From contig OZ024740.1 of assembly GCA_964016885.1 (NCBI GenBank), forward strand, positions 19,654,001 to 19,718,000: a stretch of DNA of 64,000 nt, read 5' to 3'. The stretch is from Eledone cirrhosa. Taxonomy: Eukaryota. Below the pieces are notes generated by a model, which was not told the origin of the DNA, did no database searches, and saw nothing but the letters and a program-made list of their open reading frames with translations. The translations under genes were made by a program, and so were the position numbers. Positions 28,071 through 42,999 of the stretch are shown in pieces. How positions within the stretch are numbered: the first letter of the stretch is position 1; each line of letters opens with the position of its first letter.

Positions 28071-31000
28071 CTGATGCAGTGTCTCGACAGCTAACAACTG
28101 TTGCAGTGTCCCGAAAGCTAACAACTGATGCAGTGTCTCGACAGCTAACAACCGATGCAGTGTCCCGAAAGCTAACAACTGATGCAGTGTGTCGACAGCT
28201 AACAACTGATGTAGTGTCCCGAAAGCTAACAACTGATGCAGTGTCTCGACATCTAACAAGTGATGCAGTGTCCTCTCGACAGCTAACAAATGATGCAGTG
28301 ATTCGACAGCTAACAACTGATGCAGTGTCCTCTCGACAGCTAACAACTGATGCAGTGTTCTTCCGACAGCTAACAACTGATGCAGTGTCCTCTCGACAGC
28401 TAAAAACTGATGCAGTGATTCGACATCTAACAACTGATGCAGTGTCCTCTCGACAGCTAACAACTGATGCAGTGATTCGACAGCTAACAACTGATGCAGT
28501 GTCCTCTCGACAGCTAACAACTGATGCAGTGATTCGACATCTAACAACTGATACAGTGTCCTCTCGACAGCTAACAACTGATGCAGTGTCCCGACAGCTA
28601 ACAACTGATGCAGTGTCCTCTCGGCAGCTAACAACTGATGCAGTGTCCTCTCGACAGCTAACAACTGATGCAGTGTCCCGACAGCTAACAACTGATGCAG
28701 TGTCTCGACATCTAACAACTGATGCAGTGTCCCGACAGCTAACAACTGATACAGTGTCCCGACAGCTAACAACTGATGCAGTGTCCTCTCGACAGCTAAC
28801 AACTGATGCAGTGTCCTCTCGACAGCTAACAATTGATGCAGTGTCTCGACAGCTAACAACTGATACAGTGTCTCGACAGCTAACAATAGATGCAGTGTCC
28901 TCTCGACAGCTAACAACCGATGCAGTGTCCTCTCGACAGCTAACAACTGATGCAGTGTCCCGACAGCTAACAACTGATGCAGTGTCCTCTCGACAGATAA
29001 CAACTGATGCAGTGTCCCGTCAGCTAACAACTGATGCAGTGTCCCGACAGCTAACAACTGATGCAGTGTCTCGACAGCTAAGAAATGATGCAGTGATTCG
29101 ACAGCTAACAACTGATGGAGTGTCTCGACAGCTAACAACTGATGCAGTGTCTCGACAGCTAACAACTGATGCAGTGTCCTTCCGACAGCTAACAACTGAT
29201 GCAGTGTCCTCTCGACAGGTAACAACTGATGCAGTGATTCGACATCTAACAAGTGATGCAGTGTCCTCTCGACAGCTAACAACTGATGCAGTGATTCGAC
29301 AGCTAACAACTGATGCAGTGTCCTCAGGACAGCTAACAACTAAAGCAGTGATTCGACATCTAACAACTGATACAGTGTCCTCTCGACAGCTAACAACTGA
29401 TGCAGTGCTCAGACAGCTAACAACTGATGCAGTGTCCTCGCGACAGCTAACAACCGATGCAGTGTCCCGACAGCTAAAAACTGATGCAGTGTCTCGACAG
29501 CTAACAACTGATGCAGTGTCCTCTCGACAGCTAACAAAATATGCAGTTTCCTCTCGACAGCTAACAACTGATGCAGTGTCCTTTCGACAACTAACAACTG
29601 ATGCAGTGCCTCGACAGCTAACAAAATATGCAGTTTCTTCTCGACAGCTAACAACTGATGCAGTGTCCTCCCGACAGATAACAACTGATGCAGTGTCCTT
29701 TCGACAGCTAACAACTGATGCAGTGTCCTCCCGACAGATAACAACTGATGCAGTGTCCTCTCGACAGCTAACAACTGATGCAGTGTTCCGACAGCTAACA
29801 ACTGATGCAGTGTCCTCTCGACAGCTAACAACTGATGCAGTGTCCTCCCGACAGATAACAACTGATGCAGTGTCCTCTCGACAGCTAACAACTGATGCAG
29901 TGTTCCGACAGCTAACAACTGATGCAGTGTCCTCTCGACAGCTAACAACTGATGCAGTGTTCCGACAGCTAACAACTGATACAGTGTCCTCTCGACAGCT
30001 AACAACTGATGCAGTGTTCCGACAGCTAACAACTGATGCAGTGTCTCGACATCTAACAACTGATGCAGTGTCCTCTCGACAGCTAACAACTCATACAGTG
30101 TCCTCTCGACAGCTAACAACTGATGCAGTGTTCCGACAGCTAACAACTGATGCAGTGTCCTCTCGACAGCTAACAACTGATGCAGTGTTCCGACAGCTAA
30201 CAACTGATGCAGTGTCCCCTCGACAGCTAACAACTGATGCAGTGTCCCCTCGACAGCTAACAACTGATGCAGTGTTCCGACAGCTAACAACTGATGCAGT
30301 GTCCTCTCGACAGCTAACAACTGATGCAGTGTCCCCTCGACAGCTAACAACTGATGCAGTGTCCCCTCGACAGATAACAACTGATGCAGTGTCCCCTCGA
30401 CAGCTAACAACTGATGCAGTGTCCCCTCGACAGCTAACAACTGATGCAGTGTTCCGACAGCTAACAACTGATGCAGTGTCCTCTCGACAGCTAACAACTG
30501 ATGCAGTGTCCCCTCGACAGCTAACAACTGATGCAGTGTCCCCTCGACAGCTAACAACTGATGCAGTGTCCCGACATCTAACAACTGATGCAGTGTCCCG
30601 ACAGCTAACAACTGATGCAGTGTCCTCTCGACAGCTAACAACTGATGCAGTGTCCCGACAGCTAACAACTGATGCAGTGTCCTCTCGACAGCTAACAACT
30701 GATGCAGTGTCCCAACAGCTAACAACTGATGCAGTGTCCTCTCGACAGCTAACAACTGATGCAGTGTCCCGACAGCTAACAACTGATGCAGTGTCCTCTT
30801 GACAGCTAACAACTGATGCAGTGTCCTCTCGACAGCTAACAACTGATGCAGTGTCCCGATAGCTAACAACTGATGCAGTTTCACGACAGCTAACAACTGA
30901 TGCAGTGCTCAGACAGCTAACAACTGATGCAGTGTCTCGACAGCTAACAACTGATGCAGTGTCCTCTCGACAGCTAACAACTGATGTAGTGTCCTCTCGA

Positions 31001-34000
31001 CAGCTAACAACTGATGAAGTGTCCTCTCGACAGCTAACAACTGATGCAATGTCCTCTATACAGCTAACAACTTATGCAGTGTCCTCTCGACAGCTAACAA
31101 CTGATGTAGTGTCCTCTCGACAGCTAACAACTGATGAAGTGTCCTCTCGACAGCTAACAACTGATGCAATGTCCTCTATACAGCTAACAACTTATGCAGT
31201 GTCCTCTCGACAGCTAACAACTGATGAAGTGTCCTCTCGGCAGCTAACAACTGATGCAATGTCCTCTATACAGCTAACAACTTATGCAGTGTCCTCTCGA
31301 CAGCTAACAACTTATGCAGTGTCCTCTCGACAGATAACAACTGATGCAGTGTCCCAACAGCTAACAACTGATGCAGTGTCCTCTCGACAGCTAACAACTG
31401 ATGCAGTGTCCCGACAGCTAACAACTGATGCAGTGTCCTCTCGACAGCAAACAACTGATGCAGTATCCCGACAGCTAACAACTGATGCAGTGTCCTCTCG
31501 ACAGCTAACAACTGATGCAGTGTCCTCTCGACAGCTAACAACTGATGCAGTGTCCCGACAGCTAACAACTGATGCAGTGTCCTCTCGACAGCTAACAACT
31601 GATGCAGTGTCCCGACAGCTAATAACTGATGCAGTGTCCCGACAGCTAACAACTGATGCAGTGTCCCGACAGCTAACAACTGATGCAGTGTCTCGACAGC
31701 TAACAACTGATGCAGTGTCTCGACAGCCAACAACTGATGCAGTGTCCTTCCGAGAGCTAACAACTGATGCAGTGTCCTCTCGAAAGCTAACAACTGATGC
31801 AATGATTCGACAGCTAACAACTGATGCAGTGTCCTCTCGACAGCTAACAACTGATGCAGTGATTCGACATCTAACAACTGATACAGTGTCCTCTCGACAG
31901 CTAACAACTGATGCAGTGTCCCGACAGCTAACAACTGATGCAGTGTCCTCTCGACAGCTAACAACTTATGCAGTGTCCTCTCGACAGCTAACAACTGATG
32001 CAGTGTCCTCTCGACAGCTAACAACTGATGCAGTGTCCTCTCGACAGCTAACAACTGATGCAGTGTCCTCTCGACAGCTAACAACTGAAGCAGTGTCCTC
32101 TCGACAGCTAACAACTGATGCAGTGTCCCGACAGCTAACAACTGATGCAGTGTCCTCTCGACAGCTAAACACTGATGCAGTGTCCCGACAGCTAACAACT
32201 GATGCAGTGTCTCGACAGCTAACAACTGATGCAGTGTCCTCTCGACAGCTAACAACTAATGCAGTGTCCCGACAGCTAACAACTGATGCAGTGTCCTCTC
32301 GACAGCTAACAACTGATGCAGTGTCCTGACAGCTGACAACTGATGCAGTGTCTCGACAGCTAACAACTGATGCAGTGTCCTCTCGACAGCTAACAACAGA
32401 TGCAGTGTCCCGACAGCTAACAACGGATGCAGTGGCCTCTCGACAGCTAACAACTGATGCAGTGTCCTCTCGACAGCTAACAACTGATGCAGTGTCTCGA
32501 CAGCTAACAACTGATGCAGTGTCTCGACAGCTAACAACTGATGCAGTGTCTCGACAGCTAACAACTTATGCAGTGTCCTCTCGACAGCTAACAACTGATG
32601 CAGTGTCCTCTCGACAGCTAACAACTGATGCAGTGCCCGCTCGAACTCTAACAACTGATGCAGTGTCCCAACAGCTAACAACTGATGCAGTGTCTCGACA
32701 GCTAACAACTGATGCAGTGTCCTCTCGACAGCTAACAACTGATGCAGTGTCCCGACAGCTAACAACTGATGCAGTGTCCTCTCGACAGCTAACAATTGAT
32801 GCAGTGTCTCAAGAGCTAACAACTGATGCAGTGTCCCGACAGCTAACAACTGATGCAGTGTCCTCTCGACAGCTAACAACTGATGCAGTGTCCTCTCGAC
32901 AGCTAACAACTGATGCAGTGTCTCAAGAGCTAACAACTAATGCAGTGTGCCGACAGCTAACAACTGATGCAGTGTCCTCTCGACAGCTAACAACTGATGC
33001 AGTGTCTCGACAGCTAACAACTGATGCAGTGTCCTCTCGACAGCTAACAACTGATGCAGTGTCTCGACAGCTAACAACTGATGCAGTGTCTCGACAGCTA
33101 ACAACTGATGCAGTGTCCCGACAGCTAACAACTGATGCAGTGTCCTCTCGACAGCTAACAACTGATGCAGTGTCCCGACAGCTGACAACTGATGCAGTGT
33201 CCTCTCGACAGCTAACAACTGATGCAGTGTCCTCTCGACAGCTAACAATTGATGCAGTGTCTCAAGAGCTAACAACTGATGCAGTGTCCCGACAGCTAAC
33301 AACTGATGCAGTGTCCTCTCGACAGCTAACAACTGATGCAGTGTCTCGACAGCTAACAACTGATGCAGTGTCCTGACAGCTGACAACTGATGCAGTGTCC
33401 TCTCGACAGCTAACAACTGATGCAGTATCCTCTCGACAGCTAACAACTGATGCAGTATCCCAAGAGCTAACAACTAATGCAGTGTGCCGACAGCTAACAA
33501 CTGATGCAGTGTCCTCTCGACAGCTAACAACTGATGCAGTGTCTCGACAGCTAACAACTGATGCAGTGTCTCGACAGCTAACAACTGATGCAGTGTCCTC
33601 TCGACAGCTAACAACTGATGCAGTGTCTCGACAGCTAACAACTGATGCAGTGTCTCGACAGCTAACAACTGATGCAGTGTCCCGACAGCTAACAACTGAT
33701 GCAGTGTCCTCTCGACAGCTAACAACTGATGCAGTGTCCCGACAGCTGACAACTGATGCAGTGTCCTCTCGACAGCTAACAACTGATGCAGTGTCCTCTC
33801 GACAGCTAGCAATTGATGCAGTGTCTCAAGAGCTAACAACTGATGCAGTGTCCCGACAGCTAACAACTGATGCAGTGTCCTCTCGACAGCTAACAACTGA
33901 TGCAGTGTCTCGACAGCTAACAACTGATGCAGTGTCCTGACAGCTGACAACTGATGCAGTGTCCTCTCGACAGCTAACAACTGATGCAGTATCCTCTCGA

Positions 34001-35170
34001 CAGCTAACAACTGATGCAGTATCCCAACAGCTAACAACTGATGCAGTGTCTCGACAGCTAACAACTGATGCAGTGTCCTCTCGACAGCTAACAACTGATG
34101 CAGTGTCCTCTCGACAGCTAACAACTGATGCAGTGTCTCGACAGCTAACAACTGATGCAGTGTCTCGACAGCTAACAGCTGATGCAGTGTCTCGACAGCT
34201 AACAACTGTTGCAGTGTCCTCTCGACAGTTAACAACTGATGCAGTGTCCTCTCGACAGCTAACAACTGATGCAGTGTCTCGACAGCTAACAACTGATGCA
34301 GTGTCCTCTCGACAGCTAACAACTGATGCTGTGTCCCAACAGCTAACAACTAATGCAGTGTCCTCTCGACGACAGCTAACAACTGATGCAGTGATTCGAC
34401 ATCTAACAACTGATGCAGTGTCCTCTCAACAGCAAACAACTGATGCAGTATCCCGACAGCTAACAACTGATGCAGTGTCCTCTCGACAGCTAACAACTGA
34501 TGCAGTGTCCTCTCGACAGCTAACAACTGATGCAGTGTCCCGACAGCTAACAACTGATGCAGTGTCCTCTCGACAGATAACAACTGATGCAGTGTCCCGA
34601 CAGCTAATAACTGATGCAGTGTCCCGACAGCTAACAACTGATGCAGTGTCCCGACAGCTAACAACTGATGCAGTGTCTCGACAGCTAACAACTGATGCAG
34701 TGTCTCGACAGCTAACAACTGATGCAGTGTCCTTCCGACAGCTAACAACTGATGCAGTGTCCTCTCGACAGCTAACAACTGATGCAGTGATTCGACAGCT
34801 AACAACTGATGCAGTGTCCTCTCGACAGCTAACAACTGATGCAGTGTCCCGACAGCTAACAACTGATGCAGTGTCCTCTCGACAGCTAACAACTGATGCA
34901 GTGTCCTCTCGACAGCTAACAACTGATGCAGTGTCCTCTCGACAGCTAACAACTGATGCAGTGTCCTCTCGACAGCTAACAACTGAAGCAGTGTCCTCTC
35001 GTGAGCTAACAACTGATGCAGTGTCCCGACAGCTAACAACTGATGCAGTGTCCTCTCGACAGCTAAACACTGATGCAGTGTCCCGACAGCTAACAACTGA
35101 TGCAGAGTCCCGACAGATAACACCTGATGCAGTGTCTCGACAGCTAACAACTGATGCAGTGTCCTCTCGA
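24390..35170 (+). repeat. ~10.8-kb copy of block ~8030-18860 (offset 16,364 bp; 16,307 after a 57-bp two-monomer deletion near 34430)
   Basis: ORF pairs 9726/26090, 11400/27764, 14541/30905, 15984/32348, 17031/33395 and 17595/33959. Both copies share the rare CGACGA unit at 18003/34367. Confidence 0.92.
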
Positions 35171-37339
35171 CAGCTAACAACTAATGCAGTGTCCCGACAG
35201 CTAACAACTGATGCAGTGTCCTCTCGACAGCTAACAACTGATGCAGTGTCCTGACAGCTGACAACTGATGCAGTGTCTCGACAGCTAACAACTGATGCAG
35301 TGTCCTCTCGACAGCTAACAACAGATGCAGTGTCCCGACAGCTAACAACGGATGCAGTGGCCTCTCGACAGCTAACAACTGATACAGTGTCCTCTCGACA
35401 GCTAACAACTGATGCAGTGTCTCGACAGCTAACAACTGATGCAGTGTCTCGACAGCTAACAACTGATGCAGTGTCTCGACAGCTAACAACTTATGCAGTG
35501 TCCTCTCGACAGCTAACAACTGATGCAGTGTCCCGACAGCTAACAACTGATGCAGTGTCCTCTCGACAGCTAACAACTGATGCAGTGTCCTCTCGACAGC
35601 TAACAACTGATGCAGTGTCTCAAGAGCTAACAACTAATGCAGTGTGCCGACAGCTAACAACTGATGCAGTGTCCTCTCGACAGCTAACAACTGATGCAGT
35701 GTCTCGACAGCTAACAACTGATGCAGTGTCTCGACAGCTAACAACTGATGCAGTGTCCTCTCGACAGCTAACAACTGATGCAGTGTCTCGACAGCTAACA
35801 ACTGATGCAGTGTCTCGACAGCTAACAGCTGATGCAGTGTCCCGACAGCTAACAACTGATGCAGTGTCCTCTCGACAGCTAACAACTGATGCAGTGTCCC
35901 GACAGCTGACAACTGATGCAGTGTCCTCTCGACAGCTAACAACTGATGCAGTGTCCTCTCGACAGCTAACAATTGATGCAGTGTCTCAAGAGCTAACAAC
36001 TGATGCAGTGTCCCGACAGCTAACAACTGATGCAGTGTCCTCTCGACAGCTAACAACTGATGCAGTGTCTCGACAGCTAACAACTGATGCAGTGTCCTGA
36101 CAGCTGACAACTGATGCAGTGTCCTCTCGACAGCTAACAACTGATGCAGTATCCTCTCGACAGCTAACAACTGATGCAGTGTCCCGACAGCTAACAACTG
36201 ATGCAGTGTCCTCTCGACAGCTAACAACTGATGCAGTGTCTCGACAGCTAACAACTGATGCAGTGTCCTGACAGCTGACAACTGATGCAGTGTCCTCTCG
36301 ACAGCTAACAACTGATGCAGTGTCCTCTCGACAGCTAACAACTGATGCAGTGCCCGCTCGAACTCTAACAACTGATGCAGTGTCCCAACAGCTAACAACT
36401 GATGCAGTGTGTCGACAGCTAACAACTGATGCAGTGTCTCGACAGCTAACAACTGATGCAGTGTCCTCTCGACAGCTAACAACTGATGCAGTGTCTCGAC
36501 AGCTAACAACTGATGCAGTGTCCTGACAGCTGACAACTGATGCAGTGTCTCGACAGCTAACAACTGATGCAGTGTCCTCTCGACAGCTAACAACTGATGC
36601 AGTGTCTCGACAGCTAACAACTGATGCAGTGTCTCGACAGCTAACAACTGATGCAGTGTCCCGACAGCTAACAACTGATGCAGTGTCCTCTCGACAGCTA
36701 ACAACTGATGCAGTGTCCCGACAGCTGACAACTGATGCAGTGTCCTCTCGACAGCTAACAACTGATGCAGTGTCCTCTCGACAGCTAACAATTGATGCAG
36801 TGTCTCAAGAGCTAACAACTGATGCAGTGTCCCGACAGCTAGCAACTGATGCAGTGTCCTCTCGACAGCTAACAACTGATGCAGTGTCTCGACAGCTAAC
36901 AACTGATGCAGTGTCCTGACAGCTGACAACTGATGCAGTGTCCTCTCGACAGCTAACAACTGATGCAGTATCCTCTCGACAGCTAACAACTGATGCAGTG
37001 TCCCAACAGCTAACAACTGATGCAGTGTCTCGACAGCTAACAACTGATGCAGTGTCCTCTCGACAGCTAACAACTGATGCAGTGTCCTCTCGACAGCTAA
37101 CAACTGATGCAGTGTCTCGACAGCTAACAACTGATGCAGTGTCTCGACAGCTAACAACTGATGCAGTGTCTCGACAGCTAACAACTGTTGCAGTGTCCTC
37201 TCGACAGTTAACAACTGATGCAGTGTCCTCTCGACAGCTAAACACTGATGCCCTGTCCCGACAGATAACAACTGATGCAGTGTCCCGACAGCTAACAACT
37301 GATGCAGTGTCTCGACAGCTAACAACTGATGCAGTGTCC

Positions 37340-40300
37340 TCTCGACAGCTAACAACTGATGCAGTGTCCCGACAGCTAACAACTGTTGCAGTGTCCTCTC
37401 GACAGCTAACAACTGATGCAGTGTCCTGACAGCTGACAACTGATGCAGTGTCTCGACAGCTAACAACTGATGCAGTGTCTCGACAGCTAACAATTGATGC
37501 AGTGTCTCGACAGCTAACAACTTATGCAGGGTGCTCTCGACAGCTAACAACTGATGCAGTGTCCTCTCGACAGCTAACAACTGATGCAGTGCCCGCTCGA
37601 ACTCTAACAACTGATGCAGTGTCCCAACAGCTAACAACTGATGCAGTGTCTCGACAGCTAACAACTGATGCAGTGTCTCGACAGCTAACAACTGATGCAG
37701 TGTCCTCTCGACAGCTAACAACTGATGCAGTGTCCCGACAGCTAACAACTGATGCAGTGTCCTCTCAACAGCTAACAACTGATGCAGTGTCCCGACAGCT
37801 AACAACTGATGCAGTGTCCTCTCGACAGCTAACAACTGATGCAGTGTCCTCTCGACAGCTAACAACTGATGCAGTGTCTCAAGAGCTAACAACTAATGCA
37901 GTGTGCCGACAGCTAACAACTGATGCAGTGTCCTCTCGACAGCTAACAACTGATGCAGTGTCTCGACAGCTAACAACTGATGCAGTGTCTCGACAGCTAA
38001 CAACTGATGCAGTGTCCTCTCGACAGCTAACAACTGATGCAGTGTCTCGACAGCTAACAACTGATGCAGTGTCTCGACAGCTAACAACTGATGCAGTGTC
38101 CCGACAGCTAACAACTGATGCAGTGTCCTCTCGACAGCTAACAACTGATGCAGTGTCCCGACAGCTGACAACTGATGCAGTGTCCTCTCGACAGCTAACA
38201 ACTGATGCAGTGTCCTCTCGACAGCTAACAATTGATGCAGTGTCTCAAGAGCTAACAACTGATGCAGTGTCCCGACAGCTAACAACTGATGCAGTGTCCT
38301 CTCGACAGCTAACAACTGATGCAGTGTCTCGACAGCTAACAACTGATGCAGTGTCCTGACAGCTGACAACTGATGCAGTGTCCTCTCGACAGCTAACAAC
38401 TGATGCAGTATCCTCTCGACAGCTAACAACTGATGCAGTATCCCAACAGCTAACAACTGATGCAGTGTCTCGACAGCTAACAACTGATGCAGTGTCCTCT
38501 CGACAGCTAACAACTGATGCAGTGTCCTCTCGACAGCTAACAACTGATGCAGTGTCTCGACAGCTAACAACTGATGCAGTGTCCTCTCGACAGCTAACAA
38601 AATATGCAGTTTCTTCTCGACATCTAACAACTGATGCAGTGTCCTCCCGACAGATAACAACTGATGCAGTGTCCTCTCGACAGCTAACAACTGATGTAGT
38701 GTCCCAACATCTAACAACTGATGCAGTGTCCCGACAGCTAACAACTGATGCAGTGTCTCGATAGCTAACAACTGTTGCAGTTTCCCGAAAGCTAACAACT
38801 GATGCAGTGTCTCGACAGCTAACAACCGATGCAGTGTCCCGAAAGCTAACAACTGATGCAGTGTCTCGACAGCTAACAACTGATGCAGTGTCCCGAAAGC
38901 TAACAACTGATGCAGTGTCTCGACATCTAACAAGTGATGCAGTGTCCTCTCGACAGCTAACAAATGATGCAGTGATTCGACAGCTAACAACTGATGCAGT
39001 GTCCTCAGGACAGCTAACAACTAAAGCAGTGATTCGACATCTAACAACTGATGCAGTGTCCTCGCGACAGCTAACAACTGATGCAGTGTCCCGACAGCTA
39101 AAAACTGATGCAGTGTCTCGACAGCTAACAACTGATGCAGTGTCCTCTCGACAGCTAACAAAATATGCAGTTTCCTCTCGACAGCTAACAACTGATGCAG
39201 TGTCCCGACAGCTAACAACTGTTGCAGTGTCCTCTCGACAGCTAACAACTGATGCAGTGTCCTGACAGCTGACAACTGATGCAGTGTCTCGACAGCTAAC
39301 AACTGATGCAGTGTCTCGACAGCTAACAACTGATGCAGTGTCTCGACAGCTAACAACTTATGCAGGGTGCTCTCGACAGCTAACAACTGATGCAGTGTCC
39401 TCTCGACAGCTAACAACTGATGCAGTGCCCGCTCGAACTCTAACAACTGATGCAGTGTCCCAACAGCTAACAACTGATGCAGTGTCTCGACAGCTAACAA
39501 CTGATGCAGTGTCTCGACAGCTAACAACTGATGCAGTGTCCTCTCGACAGCTAACAACTGATGCAGTGTCCCGACAGCTAACAACTGATGCAGTGTCCTC
39601 TCAACAGCTAACAACTGATGCAGTGTCCCGACAGCTAACAACTGATGCAGTGTCCTCTCGACAGCTAACAACTGATGCAGTGTCCTCTCGACAGCTAACA
39701 ACTGATGCAGTGTCTCAAGAGCTAACAACTAATGCAGTGTGCCGACAGCTAACAACTGATGCAGTGTCCTCTCGACAGCTAACAACTGATGCAGTGTCTC
39801 GACAGCTAACAACTGATGCAGTGTCTCGACAGCTAACAACTGATGCAGTGTCCTCTCGACAGCTAACAACTGATGCAGTGTCTCGACAGCTAACAACTGA
39901 TGCAGTGTCTCGACAGCTAACAACTGATGCAGTGTCCCGACAGCTAACAACTGATGCAGTGTCCTCTCGACAGCTAACAACTGATGCAGTGTCCCGACAG
40001 CTGACAACTGATGCAGTGTCCTCTCGACAGCTAACAACTGATGCAGTGTCCTCTCGACAGCTAACAATTGATGCAGTGTCTCAAGAGCTAACAACTGATG
40101 CAGTGTCCCGACAGCTAACAACTGATGCAGTGTCCTCTCGACAGCTAACAACTGATGCAGTGTCTCGACAGCTAACAACTGATGCAGTGTCCTGACAGCT
40201 GACAACTGATGCAGTGTCCTCTCGACAGCTAACAACTGATGCAGTATCCTCTCGACAGCTAACAACTGATGCAGTATCCCAACAGCTAACAACTGATGCA

Positions 40301-41020
40301 GTGTCTCGACAGCTAACAACTGATGCAGTGTCCTCTCGACAGCTAACAACTGATGCAGTGTCCTCTCGACAGCTAACAACTGATGCAGTGTCTCGACAGC
40401 TAACAACTGATGCAGTGTCCTCTCGACAGCTAACAAAATATGCAGTTTCTTCTCGACATCTAACAACTGATGCAGTGTCCTCCCGACAGATAACAACTGA
40501 TGCAGTGTCCTCTCGACAGCTAACAACTGATGTAGTGTCCCAACATCTAACAACTGATGCAGTGTCCCGACAGCTAACAACTGATGCAGTGTCTCGATAG
40601 CTAACAACTGTTGCAGTGTCCCGAAAGCTAACAACTGATGCAGTGTCTCGACAGCTAACAACCGATGCAGTGTCCCGAAAGCTAACAACTGATGCAGTGT
40701 CTCGACAGCTAACAACTGATGCAGTGTCCCGAAAGCTAACAATTGATGCAGTGTCACGACATCTAACAAGTGATGCAGTGTCCTCTCGACAGCTAACAAA
40801 TGATGCAGTGATTCGACAGCTAACAACTGATGCAGTGTCCTCAGGACAGCTAACAACTAAAGCAGTGATTCGACATCTAACAACTGATGCAGTGTCCTCG
40901 CGACAGCTAACAACTGATGCAGTGTCCCGACAGCTAAAAACTGATGCAGTGTCTCGACAGCTAACAACTGATGCAATGTCCTCTCGACAGCTAACAAAAT
41001 ATGCAGTTTCCTCTCGACAG
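37340..41020 (+). repeat. Higher-order tandem duplication, period 1,836 bp (2 copies)
   Basis: ORF pairs 37448/39284, 37893/39729 and 38378/40214. Markers GTT at 37385/39221 and AAATAT at 39161/40997. Confidence 0.9.
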
Positions 41021-42999
41021 CTAACACCTGATGCAGTGTCCTTTCGACAACTAACAACTGATGCAGTGTCCTCTCGACAGCTAACAAAATATGCAGTTTC
41101 TTCTCAACAGCTAACAACTGATGCAGTGTCCTCCCGACAGATAACAACTGATGCAGTGTCCTCTCGACAGCTAACAACTGATGCAGTGTTCAGACAGCTA
41201 ACAACTGATGCAGTGTCCCCTCGACAGCTAACAACTGATGCAGTGTCCCAACAGCTAACAACTGATGCAGTGTCCCGACAGCTAACAACTGATGCAGTGT
41301 CTCGACAGCTAAAATCTGTTGCAGTGTCCCGAAAGCTAAAAACTGATGCAGTGTCTCGACAGCTAACAACCGATGCAGTGTCCCGAAAGCTAACAACTGA
41401 TGCAGTGTCTCGACAGCTAACAACTGATGCAGTGTCCCGAAAGCTAACAACTGATGCAGTGTCTCGACAGCTAACAACTGCTGCAGTGTCCCGACATCTA
41501 ACAACTGATGCATTGTCCCGACAGCTAACAACTGGTGCAGTGTCCTCTCGACAGCTAACAACTGATGCAGTGTCTCGACATCTAACAACTGATGCAGTGT
41601 CCCGACAGCTAACAACTGATACAGTGTCCCGACAGCTAACAACTGATGCAGAGTCCTCTCGACAGCTAACAACTGATGCAGTGTCCTCTCTACAGCTAAC
41701 AATTGATGCAGTGTCTCGACAGCTAACAACTGATGCAGTGTCTCGACAGCTAACAATAGATGCAGTGTCCTTCCGACAGCTAACAACTGATGCAGTGTCC
41801 TCTCGACAGCTAACAACCGATGCAGTGTCCTCTCGACAGCTAACAACTGATGCAGTGTCCCGACAGCTAACAACTGATGCAGTGTCCTCTCGACAGATAA
41901 CAACTGATGCAGTGTCCCGACAGCTAACAACTGATGCAGTGTCCCGACAGCTAACAACTGATGCAGTGTCTCGACAGCTAAGAAATGATGCAGTGATTCG
42001 ACAGCTAACAACTGATGCAGTGTCCTTCCGACAGCTAACAACTGATGCAGTGTCCTCTCGACAGCTAACAACTGATGCAGTGATTCGACAGCTAACAACT
42101 GATGCAGTGTCCTCTCGACAGCTAACAACTGATGCAGTGTCCCGACAGCTAACAACTGATGCAGTGTCCTCTCGACAGCTAACAACTGATGCAGTGTCCT
42201 CTCGACAGCTAACAACTGATGCAGTGTCCTCTCGACAGCTAACAACTGATGCAGTGTCCTCTCGACAGCTAACAACTGATGCAGTGTCCTCTCGACAGCT
42301 AACAACTGAAGCAGTGTCCTCTCGACAGCTAACAACTGATGCAGTGTCCCGACAGCTAACAACTGATGCAGTGTCCTCTCGACAGCTAAACACTGATGCA
42401 GTGTCCCGACAGCTAACAACTGATGCAGAGTCCCGACAGATAACACCTGATGCAGTGTCTCGACAGCTAACAACTGATGCAGTGTCCTCTCGACAGCTAA
42501 CAACTAATGCAGTGTCCCGACAGCTAACAACTGATGCAGTGTCCTCTCGACAGCTAACAACTGATGCAGTGTCCTGACAGCTGACAACTGATGCAGTGTC
42601 TCGACAGCTAACAACTGATGCAGTGTCCTCTCGACAGCTAACAACAGATGCAGTGTCCCGACAGCTAACAACGGATGCAGTGGCCTCTCGACAGCTAACA
42701 ACTGATGCAGTGTCCTCTCGACAGCTAACAACTGATGCAGTGTCTCGACAGCTAACAACTGATGCAGTGTCTCGACAGCTAACAACTGATGCAGTGTCTC
42801 GACAGCTAACAACTTATGCAGTGTCCTCTCGACAGCTAACAACTGATGCAGTGTCCCGACAGCTAACAACTGATGCAGTGTCCTCTCGACAGCTAACAAC
42901 TGATGCAGTGTCCTCTCGACAGCTAACAACTGATGCAGTGTCTCAAGAGCTAACAACTAATGCAGTGTGCCGACAGCTAACAACTGATGCAGTGTCCTC

